DNA of 63,957 bases, counting the filler, from Octopus bimaculoides (Eukaryota), in NCBI RefSeq assembly GCF_001194135.2. It is 5 parts of 5 records of this genome, joined end to end, with 100 filler letters (N's around TTAATTAATTAA, not from the genome) between each part and the next. Parts side by side here need not be neighbours in the genome. Positions count along the whole stretch, not along the records: positions 1 to 20,367 come from NC_068985.1; 4 more parts are not named here. One strand, 5' to 3'. This document shows, in pieces, positions 1 to 10,095 of this stretch (positions within the stretch are counted from its first letter, which is position 1; each line of letters begins with the position of its first letter). Under the pieces are notes generated by a model. It was not told the origin of the DNA, did not search any database, and was given only the letters and a program-made list of their open reading frames with translations. Both the position numbers and the translations under genes were made by a program.

Positions 1-10
1 TATATATATA

Positions 11-125
11 TATTAGTAATTGGCAGAAGTTACAGAGTGACTGAATGGTGAGAGTTTCATGCATTGGCCAACACACAAAACTCTTGGCCTTTGAGTCACC
101 CTGTAACTTCTGCCAATTATTAATA
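11..125. repeat. Fold-back / MITE-like element with about 32-bp inverted arms
   Basis: 11-42 (tattagtaattggcagaagttacagagtgact) is the reverse complement of 94-125 with 2 mismatches. Confidence 0.75.
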
Positions 126-201
126 AACACTATATGTATACTCATGTTTTGATTTTTTTTTTCAAGTTTGCATCATGAAACCTATACACACACACACACA
201 C

Positions 202-243
<42 letters not shown>

Positions 244-337
244 TCATACATACACATATAAGCACACACATAAATTGACAGAATTGTCTATATATGTCTA
301 TATATGCAAGCCAATGAAGACTAGGTCTATGTTACAG

Positions 338-447
338 GTGGGTTCCAGTATACTTTGACAAAGAGCAAAGACTGGCTGTTATGTCGATAGCATTTCTACT
401 GGAAAATAAAAATGATGCAATTGTTTGGCGAGGACCAAGGAAAACAG
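338..447 (+). CDS. NUBP2: NUBP2 internal coding exon ([36 protein letters not shown])
   Basis: Missed by the ORF track. Manual translation from 339 gives the Mrp/NBP35 motif MSxxFLL...AIVWRGP. Acceptor tacAG 336-337, donor G|GTAAAT at 448. The final G joins CA at 1663 to give Ala in frame. An alternative acceptor at 323-324 is possible. Confidence 0.9.
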
Positions 448-646
448 GTAAATATAGACCTAGGTTTTAATAGAAAACATGCATGGCAACTTGGGCAAGT
501 GTCTTCTACTATAGTCTTAGGTCGACCAAAATTGTCTTTGAACAGGTGTATCCTGTGTTGAAGTGATCGCAATCAGGTGTTGAAGTGATCAGTATATATG
601 TATACTCATGTTTTGATTTCTATTTTTCTTGATTGCATCATGGAAC

Positions 647-684
<38 letters not shown>

Positions 685-694
685 NNNNNNNNNN

Positions 695-731
<37 letters not shown>

Positions 732-882
732 ATACATACACATATATGCACACACATCATGAAACCTATACACACACACACACATCAGGTGTTGACGTGA
801 TCACAAGGCAACGAGAAGAAGTGTTTCATTCAAGAGCTCAATGCACCACCCTGTCTAGGAATTGAAACCACAATCTCACGAT

Positions 883-884
<2 letters not shown>

Positions 885-913
<29 letters not shown>

Positions 914-1128
914 CTTTGTGTCTATGTTTGTCATTAATAACCACTTGACTGTTGGTGTTGGTGTGTTTATGTCCCCATAACTTAGTGGCTCAGCAAAAGA
1001 GGCCAATAGAATTAAGTATCATGTTTAAAAAGATGAGTACTGGGGTCGATTCATTTAACTAAAATTCTTGAAAACAGTGCCCCAGTATGGCCACATTCTG
1101 ACTGACACAGGTAAAAGAAAAGATAGAA
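885..1128 (+). mobile_element. SINE family A, 3' half (+), in a NUBP2 intron
   Basis: Matches the 3' half of the near-complete copy at 55069-55606, with a gtaaaaga-type tail. Confidence 0.8.
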
Positions 1129-1174
1129 GATGAGTCACATCAATGAAGTCTTGAAGCTATGAGATACTCTCTCT

Positions 1175-1392
1175 TTTTACTCTTTTACTCTTTTACTTGT
1201 TTCAGTCATTTGACTGTGGCCATGCTGGAGCACCACCTTTAATTGAGCAAATCGACCCCAGGACTTATTCTTTGTAAGCCTAGTACTTATTCTATCATTC
1301 TCTTTTGCCGAACCACTAAGTTACGGGGACGTAAATACACCACCATCAGTTGTCAAGCGACGTTGGGGTGGGGGGGACAAACAGATGCACAA

Positions 1393-1425
<33 letters not shown>

Positions 1426-1530
1426 AATATATACGATGGGCTTCTTTCAGTTTCTGTCTACCAAATCCACTCACAAGGCTTTGGTTGGCCCAAGGCTATA
1501 GTAGAAGGCACTTGCCCAAGGTGCCATGCA
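1175..1530 (-). mobile_element. SINE family A (-), in a NUBP2 intron
   Basis: Reverse complement of 55069-55606, from the (tactctt)n tail through the internal (CA)n to the ggcaagt head region. Confidence 0.88.
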
Positions 1531-1662
1531 GTGGGAATGAAAATGCATGATTTATTCAAAACAATGTGAATAATTAAGCTTTACATTTGACGAAGTAATC
1601 TGAATGCTAAAGGGTTAATAACAGCAACAGCTGTTTATTGTTTCATTCGTTAATAATTTCAG

Positions 1663-1817
1663 CAATGATTCACCAGTTTATAAACGATGTTTGTTGGCAA
1701 GACACTGAATATCTGATTATTGATACCCCACCTGGTACATCGGATGAACATTTAGCTGTTGTGGAAAGTCTTCGAAGTTATAATCCAGATGGAGCTGTTT
1801 TGGTTACTACACCTCAG
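1663..1817 (+). CDS. NUBP2: NUBP2 exon ([52 protein letters not shown])
   Basis: [10 protein letters not shown] and VTTPQ motifs of the Mrp/NBP35 family. Acceptor ttcAG 1661-1662, donor CAG|GTAAAG at 1818, 155 nt, phases compatible with the neighbouring exons. Confidence 0.97.
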
Positions 1818-1904
1818 GTAAAGTCATGAACATCATACAACAACTTAACACAGCACCTAACACATGGACAGCACATGACTAGAACTTTCATAATCACTTC
1901 AAAA

Positions 1905-2082
1905 GCTAGCTTTCACCAAAGTCCTGTTTTGGTCGATGTGCATCCTCTTCATTGCAAAGAGAGCATCACAAAGAATAAGTTTCCCTCTTCAGAGCCAGAA
2001 AATACTTCAGTTCCCCGAAATTGCAAACATTCTACACACATGAAACCCACAATGGAGTATAGTTCCCACATCTGGGAGGGTA
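1905..2082 (+). mobile_element. CR1/L2-group LINE RT C-terminal relic
   Basis: Degenerate translation RARKYFSSP-LQTFYTHMKPTMEYSSHIWEG resembles the RPxMEYxSHIWxG motif. It is cut by a SINE at 2085. Confidence 0.6.
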
Positions 2083-2084
2083 CT

Positions 2085-2230
2085 CTTTACTCTTTTACTC
2101 TTTTACTTGTTTCAGTCATTTGACTGTGGCCATTCTGGAGCATCGCCTTTAGTCGAGCAAATCAACCCCGGGACTTATTCTTTGTAAGCCTAGTACTTAT
2201 TCTATCGGTCTCTTTTGCCGAACCGCTAAG
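2085..2230 (-). mobile_element. SINE family A 3' fragment
   Basis: Same sequence as 1175-1325. Confidence 0.85.
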
Positions 2231-4362
2231 TGACTGTTAACTGCTCATGCAGATGTCCTTGACTAATTACCCACCGGCCACAAAAACAAAAAAAAAAATC
2301 TGACACTGGCTGTGTGGTTAAGAGGTTCACTTTACGACCATGTAGTTTCAAGTTTACTCTCACTGCATGCCTTTTTCTATAACCTGAGGCCAACTGAGAC
2401 TTTATGAATGAATTTGGTAGATGGAAACTGTGTGAAAACCTCTCTCTCTCCCTCTTTCTCTCTCACTGCATACACACACACACACACAAACGTGTACATG
2501 TGTGTTCCTCCATCACATGAAAATTGGTGTCGGTTTGTGTATGTCTTTCTAACTTAACACTTCATCAAAAGTGACCTGTACTTTTGACCTGTACTAACAG
2601 TTACATTTTGTTTTTCCTCACCAAAATACCATCTCTCTGGAATTCTATCATAGCACATGCTTTTATTCTTGTAGCTTTGGTATTGCAATTGTTTAAGAGG
2701 AATGTTAATAACATTAAATTTACTGGTTTTGAAGGTTCTGCGATAGACTAAAGCAATAAATATAAAAAAAAAAAAAACAAGAAGGAAAAAGCAAACAAAA
2801 AGACCTTAAACAAATGGATATAGCTGTTTTAGTGAATGAAAGATTTGAACCAAACCTCTTTGTAATTGATCAAGGAACTGATCTAGGAATAAATGACAGT
2901 AGCTTCTCTTTATTGACCAACAAAGGGAACTTCTACTTGGTAACTCAGCTATGCTAGAAATAGCTGTGAAGTTACACTCAAATTACACCCTAAACACGGG
3001 CCAAAATTAGTTGATGTAATGCTAGATACACTATGTTAGAAAAAGAAAGCAATATGATTATGACTGGAAGATGTTTTCATGATATGGTAGGCTCATTGGA
3101 AGCCAACCTGGGACTAAAAAAACAAAAAAAAACAATAAACAAATAAACAAATATATAAAAGACTCTCTCTCTATGAAGAGTACCTACTCTGGGATATAGA
3201 ACTGTGTTACTAGCTATCTCATCCACAAGGAAAGTAACACTATTTACCTTGTTAACTACCAAGTTAACATTCTTACATCAAACATTTTTTGCAGTTGTGG
3301 TTGGTTGTCTTCCATTCCACCAAAATGTCTCTTTACTGTGTAGATTTTGCAAACTCAATCCACAGGTGACATTACTTTACACCCTATACCTGTGATGTCT
3401 TGCCATTGAAAAAACAGTTTCTGCTTGTATAAGGCATGAGTATCTCCTGGCAAAGTTCTTCCTGATTCTGTTACTCTGGCACCACTGGAACAAAAGGGTT
3501 GCAGGATAACTGAATTTTCCAAATTTCTGATCATTACCTTTTAAATTACCATAGTACTTTACAAAATTCTTTAAAACTCTATATATGCATCATTAATATT
3601 CTGAATATAGTCTAGAGACAAATCAGAAGAAATATAAATATAATTTAAGTAAAGAACAAGTTTTATTAACCTTACAAAATACAGGTTAAAGTATATCGAC
3701 AGTTTGAAAAAAAAAGCAGTGAACTTAGGCTTTTATTTTCTTACAATTCAACCAGCTTTTGAAAACAATATACACACTTTAATTTATACTTATTCAGTAA
3801 GATAACAGTAGGTTATTTTACTAAATTCTTATATTTAAAATTGATTGAAAGAAACACAGAAATATGGTAATGAAAGGGTTAAATCAGAAATTTCCTGACA
3901 TGTTGATTCATAAAAATATGTAATAATAAAACTCTTTCCAATTCACATTTTATGGACTTTTAGATCTCAGTTGCCTCTCTAATATTGTTTTCAAATTTTG
4001 ATACAAAGCCTGCAATTTCAAGGGAGAGGGTAAGTTGAATACATCAACCCCAGTGCTCAACGGGCACTTGTTTTTTTGAACCCAAAAGGATGAAAGGCAA
4101 AGTCAACCTTGGCTTCTGTAATAATGTATTTTCTCTCTCTACAGTAATGATTGATAATAACTTGCCTTTACCTCCAGCTACAAACTCTCATATATAGTTG
4201 ATACTATTACTCATTCTGCTCTATCAGGCTTTATTTTAACAACCTTAACACATTCTGTCACCCCTGCACACCCTCATTAAATCAAAACTTACAGCTTCTT
4301 GTTAATCATCTTTTATCTTATTGTAAATGGTGAAAAATTTCCCTTGTCTCTTTTCATTCTAG

Positions 4363-4473
4363 TCTGTCTCTGTTGGTGATGTCCGTCGTGAAGCTACTTT
4401 CTGCCAAAAGACAGGCATACCTATACTTGGATTGATTGAAAATATGAGTGGATTTGTTTGTCCATCATGCAAG
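4363..4473 (+). CDS. NUBP2: NUBP2 exon ([37 protein letters not shown]) with the CPxC Fe-S-binding motif
   Basis: Acceptor ttctAG 4361-4362, donor AAG|GTATAA at 4474, 111 nt, phase 0/0. [15 protein letters not shown] is NUBP2-like rather than NUBP1-like. Confidence 0.97.
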
Positions 4474-4759
4474 GTATAATTGTTTTAATATTATCAGAAT
4501 TTTGTGGATTTTGAAACTTCTCTTGTCATCATGTGATAGTAGTAAATGATAGTCATTGTCATACAAGCAGTGTCATTTATTTCCAAGTTTCTGCAAAAAC
4601 ATGTCTAGGCATGAGAGAATATTACCTTACTTGGAAACAAGAGTTGGCAACAGGGAGGGTTTCCAGCCATAGAAAATCTTCAACAAATTCCTTCTGACAC
4701 ATGTGAGCATGGAAAATTTGATGTCAAATGATGATGATGATATTATTATTATTATTATT

Positions 4760-5893
4760 GAGTGAGAAAGTAGTGCATGCCATCAAAGTGACACTGGGGT
4801 AAAATATACGAAGCCCATTATACCCATCATGACTACCCGTCTGATAAGGGTGCACCAGGCACATGCATCACAACCATATATGTGCATGACATGGTGATCT
4901 CATATCAAGATAAACAGTGCAAGACCTCGCAGGTGGCACCCAGTTAGATTTTCTTCAGGTCGAGTAGCCCATCCTGCTCAAAAGGTCTCTGAATAAGTAT
5001 TGTTTAAGGATGTTGAATGAAACACCCATGTTTCCAGAGGCGAATTATCCAAACTTCAAAGAATTCCTCTCAACACATGGCTATGATGCTCCCCAACTAC
5101 TTCTGCTTGTGATCAGAGATGCACATGTCATCAGCCACTAAGGGACAAGCTCAACTGGTTAAGGTCAAACAACTGACAAGCAAATCTGTGGTATTGGGCA
5201 GAATATTTGTTGTAGCCCATCTTTTATACAAAGACAAGACTGTGTACATGATAACACTTCCAGTCAGTTAAGATCAGAAACCATGAGAGCCAGTACCTGG
5301 AGCATTGCATGCCATCAAAGTGACACTGGGGTAAAATATACGAAGCCCAGTATACCTATCATAACTACCTGTCTGATAAGGGTACACTAGGCACATGCAT
5401 CACAACCATATGTGCATGACATGATGGTCTCATATCAAGATAAACAGCGCATGACCTTGCAGGTGGGGACCAGTTAGGATTTTCTTCAGGTCGAGTAGCC
5501 CATCCTGCTCAAAAGGTCCCTGAATAAGGGTTATTTAGGGATGTTGAACAAAACACCCATGTTTCCAGAGCTGAATTATCCAAACCCCAAAAAATTCCTC
5601 TCAACACATGGCTATGATGCTCCCTCACTACTTCTGCTCGTGATCAGAGATGCACATATTATCAGCCACCAAAGGACATGTTCAACTGGTTAAGGTCAGA
5701 CAACTGACAAGCAAACCTGTGGTATTGAGCAGAATATTTACTGTAGCCCATCTTTTATACCAAGACAAAACTGTGTACATGATAACACTTCCAATCAATT
5801 AAGATCAGAAGCCATGAGAGCCACTGCCTGGTATTGCATCAAGGCATAGTGCTTGGTACTGCATCAGAGCATAGCATTATAGTACTGCAGGGC

Positions 5894-5900
<7 letters not shown>
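4760..5900. repeat. Head-to-tail duplication of an unclassified ~532-bp interspersed repeat
   Basis: Units start gcatgccatcaaagtgacactgggg at 4775 and 5307 and are highly similar. (TTA)n flanks both ends. A third partial copy is near 57803-57848. Confidence 0.85.
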
Positions 5901-5930
<30 letters not shown>

Positions 5931-5989
5931 GTTGTTGCTGTTGCTGTTGTACTTTTACACTATTTCTGGTTTCTGAATATTTTCTGCAA

Positions 5990-6175
5990 CATCATCATCA
6001 TCATCATCTGCTTTCTATGCTGGCATGGGTTGGATGGTTTGACTGAGGACTGGCAAGCCAGTATGCTGCACCAGGCTCCAATCTGATCTGGCAAGGTTTC
6101 TACAGCTGGATGCCCTTCCTAATGCCAACCACTCTGAGAGTGTAGTGGGTGCTTTTTATGTGCTACCGGCACATG
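5990..6175 (-). mobile_element. RTE-clade LINE 3' end
   Basis: (CAT)n tail and ggatgcccttcctaatgccaacc motif shared with 11063-11634, which carries the RTE ORF C-terminus. Confidence 0.8.
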
Positions 6176-6287
6176 GTCTGAAAATTGATATTAGGTGAAG
6201 TTAAGGTATGAAGCTTTAGCTATGTGGCCCAGAGACCGTAATTTAGTTTGTTTTCTTCATTATTTATGAAATTCATTTTAATTACAG

Positions 6288-6357
6288 GAGTGTTCTAACC
6301 TATTTTCAAAAGGAGGTGGAGAATCCCTGGCAAAAGAACTCAACATTCCATTTTGGG
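6288..6357 (+). CDS. NUBP2: NUBP2 exon (ECSNLFSKGGGESLAKELNIPFW-G)
   Basis: Acceptor ttacAG 6286-6287, donor G|GTGAGT at 6358, 70 nt. FSxGGGExLA motif. Confidence 0.95.
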
Positions 6358-6859
6358 GTGAGTAAACTACTACTACTACTACTACTACTACTACTGCTAC
6401 TGCTACTACTACTGCTACTACTACTGCAGCAGCAGCAGCAGCAGCAACAAACATACTTGTATAGAGATGGGTATGTTTCTACAGCAGATAAGTAATAGTT
6501 GTTTTAACACAGTTTCATTGTGATACTGTTTGAATATCAAATTCCTTTAAAAGGGATGCTTGAACACCCCTCCTTAATGAAAGATGCGTATATTTTGCAG
6601 AGGCAGAGTGTAATTTGGGTTGTGAGGGGAGAGTAGAAAGTTGAGTTTTCAATTTGATTACCATATCATATTCATTTGTGTATAATATGTTCATTTGTGA
6701 ATCATGTTATGCTCATCATGGATTGATCTGTGATAATGTGTTGGCAATCGGTCAAAGATTCTGCTTTGTACTATAAAAACATACTCCACCAACCAACCAC
6801 AATGCTCAGCTCCTCAGAATGCACTGCTGTGAGGCTGCATATTTCTTTATATGCATTTA

Positions 6860-7230
6860 TGTACTCGTACCCAGTGAACAGAAAAAATCCTAAGGTGTCT
6901 CATCCAAAAAAATTACACAGACGAGTGTATACTCTACAGGAGAAGATAGAGATGACCAAGAAAATACATGGTGGAAGCTTTGCTGTTGTGAACCCTGAGT
7001 TTGGTGTTTATGATCTTACCATTCATTTCATTTAAAAGGTGTCATGTAGCTAAATGGTTAGGGTGTTCCAGAGAAACAAGCAGCCAAACTGTTTATATAC
7101 TCAACAAATGCAGCAGTTACTGTATGAAGGAGTCCCTAATTTGCATACTAAAAGTGTTTAACCCTCTATAAATGCCAGTGGACTGTCAACGGGGATCTTA
7201 GTCCACACAATACCAAGGTATGATATAATA
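6860..7230 (+). mobile_element. Tigger/pogo-derived relic (CENP-B-type HTH N-terminus) in a NUBP2 intron
   Basis: ORF 6730-7035 contains RRVYTLQEKIEMTKKIHGGSFAVVNPEFGVYDLTIHFI, resembling the Tigger transposase psq-type HTH. Confidence 0.55.
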
Positions 7231-7622
7231 AATATGTAACATATGGTATAATTATAAACAGGGCAAATTTTAGTCATTTCTCCGCAGGCTGAAAAAGTTT
7301 TGAATTTTGGTACAAGGCTGGCAATTTAAGTAGAGGGCGAAAGTCAACTGGTACTTATTTTATTGACCCTGAAAGAATGAAAGTCAAAGTTAATGTTGGC
7401 AGAATTTGAACTCAGAATATAAAGTCAGATGAAATGCTGTGAAACATTTTGTCTAGCATGCTAATGATTCTGCCAACTTGTCACCTTAGGACAATGTATA
7501 TATTGATAACTAAGACACCCGATGAAAATCAGAGATTGAACCAATTGAAATGCTTTATAAATATACACTGCAAATGATGTATATTCATTTATAGTATGTT
7601 TATGTAATTGTGCTTTTTTCAG

Positions 7623-7750
7623 GATGTATCCCCATTGACCAACATCTTACCTCATATACAGAAAGTAATCCTGAGACCACAGACTCGCCTTTGTTTGATG
7701 CTCTTTCTTCTATTGTTGAAAAAGTAATTGAAGTTGAGAATACATCTTGA
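7623..7750 (+). CDS. NUBP2: NUBP2 terminal coding exon (GCIPIDQHLTSYTESNPETTDSPLFDALSSIVEKVIEVENTS*)
   Basis: Acceptor tgcttttttcAG 7621-7622, phase 1 matches the previous exon. IPID and SPxFxALxSI are similar to the family C-terminus. TGA at 7748-7750. Confidence 0.92.
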
Positions 7751-7809
7751 ATATTCTTCATTTGAGCCGTTCTTGGATCAGACATTTGTTAATAAGGCTG
7801 TTAATTGTT

Positions 7810-7815
7810 AATAAA
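7810..7815 (+). promoter_or_regulatory. Candidate NUBP2 polyadenylation signal AATAAA (second copy 7873-7878)
   Basis: AATAAA 60 nt after the stop codon, but the context is AT-rich so a chance match is possible. Confidence 0.45.
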
Positions 7816-9354
7816 GATATTTTCTAACGATTGCCTCAAATACAAAATGATGGTAACTATTCTTTGATACAAAATAAAATTTTTTAATATTTTGGTTATT
7901 TATACGATTTCAATTGATTCCTGATTTTAGGCAGTTTATGGTGCACTAATTTCATTTATTTGTTAACTTATTAATCTATTAAGACGTTAACATGAACGTG
8001 CAGTTGTCTCCCTTAGAGTATGTCACCTCCAGATTTGGAAATCTGCTGGAAACTTTTGAAATTGCTAAAATTAACAAGAGATCTTAATAACATGGACTTT
8101 CAGACTTCATCAAAATCTCATTCAACCCTGTCAGTCAAGTTTCATTTTATGAATTTTAGATTTTAAAGTTATATAACTACGGAGAACATAATATTTTCAG
8201 TTTTTGATTATGAATGAAATGTCATATTAATTCAGTTAATATATTTTATTCAATGGCAAATATAAGGTTTAGTAAACATTGTCTTGGTATTACTCATTGT
8301 ATTAATGCTATCATTTGTATAGTGATATTGCTCCCAACCCTGACTGTCACTTCATCAGTTACGATGATGAGTGTTCCTGTTGATCTGATCAATGAAAAAA
8401 ACAGTTCAGGAAATTAACATGCAAGTGACTGAGAACACCACAAACATGTGTACCCTTAATGTAGTTCTCAGGGAGATTCTGCATGACACAGAATGTGACA
8501 AGGGTGGCCCTTTGAATTACAGTTTCATCTCACTTTTACCAGTTGAGTGGATGGGAGCAACAAGAAATAAAGTGTTTTGCTCAAGGGCACAATGTGGCAC
8601 CAGGATTTGAACTCACTACCTTACAATTGTGAGCTGAATACTCTAACACAAAGCTATGTGCCTTCACAGTCATGAGGCTGTATTACAGCAAAGAAGAAAA
8701 GAAGAAAACCTGTTCCTTCTCTCATATTTTTTACTCCTCATCCCCTAATGTAAAGCCTCTCCCTTTAGGCTTGTAGTCTTGCAAGCTGCATGGTGACATC
8801 ACTAGTGCTCGTGGCACAAAAAGAAAGAAAAAAGCCCTATAGAAGCTATAGAGTGTTTGACATAAGGAAGGGCATCTGATCATAGAAACCATACCAAAGC
8901 AGACACTGGGGCATGATGCAGTCTTTGGGCTTGTCAGATCCTGTGAATCTATCCAACCTATATCAGTGAACATGGATGTTAAGTGATAATGATGATGCAT
9001 ATTCACATGATAATATTTTTATTGTTAAAATTTTGTTACCATTTAGTCAGAAGGGGATGGGTAGTGTTCACAATCCTTTTCTGAACCTCTAAAAAGGATT
9101 GGAGAAGAGAAAGAAATTTTCTTCAGACTAATGTTTGATCTGAATGCTTACATCAAAATGAACTTAACTAAAGGACTTCAACAGCCAAATGATGGTATTA
9201 AACCAGGTGATGAATTAACTGTATCATCCTAGAACAGGAATAGTCTCTTCTAATTGGCTTCCACACAGTTTCCATCTCCCAATTTCATTTTACAAAGTTC
9301 TGGTTAACAGAGATTATGATAGAAGACACTTACTCAAGTAGAATGTAATTTGTT

Positions 9355-9910
9355 TCAAATCTTGACATTAGGTTAGCAATTTCGAGGGCGGGGGGCAGTC
9401 AGTTACATTGATTCTAGTACTTGTCTGGTACTTTCTGTAATTGACCCTAAAAAGATGAAAAGGGTGAACGTAATAATAAGCCTTTTTACTGTAGGCACAG
9501 AAATTTTGTGGGTGGCAGTTAGTCAATTATATTGATCCCAGTGTTTAACTGGTACTTATTTTATTAACCCCGAAAGGATGAAAGGCAAAGTCGACTTTGA
9601 TGGAATTTGAACCCAGAACATAAAGATGGATGAAATGCTGCTAATCATTTTCTCTGACATGTTAATGATTCTGCCAGCTTGCAATAATGAATATAATAAT
9701 CCTTTCTATTATAGGCACAAGGCCTGAAATTTTGGGGAGGGTGATAGTTGATTACATTGACCCCCAGTACTCAACTGATACTTATTTTATTGATCCTGAA
9801 AGGATGAAAGGCAAAGTCAACCCCAGCTGCATTTGAACTCTGAATGAGAAGACAGACAAAATACCACTGTGTATTTCACCTTGCGTGCTAACGATTCTGC
9901 CTGCTCACTG
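9355..9910 (-). mobile_element. Three consecutive same-orientation SINE family B copies
   Basis: Repeated blocks gaaaggatgaaaggcaaagtc...atttgaac...gattctgcc at about 9355, 9475 and 9690. Further copies at about 4005, 7305, 17520, 19680, 33115(+), 45610, 57850(+), 60715 and 63050. Confidence 0.85.
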
Positions 9911-10095
9911 TCTAATAAATGTAATAATAATAACAAGCTTATTGTATACAGTGCACACAGACATGGCTGTTTGATAAGAAGTTTGTTTCTCAATCACATA
10001 GCTTTTGATAGGCAAGCGTCTTGTACTATAAACCTGGGCTGACCAAGGCACATGAGTAGGTTTAGTTGACAGAAACTGTAAGAAGTCCATTGTAA

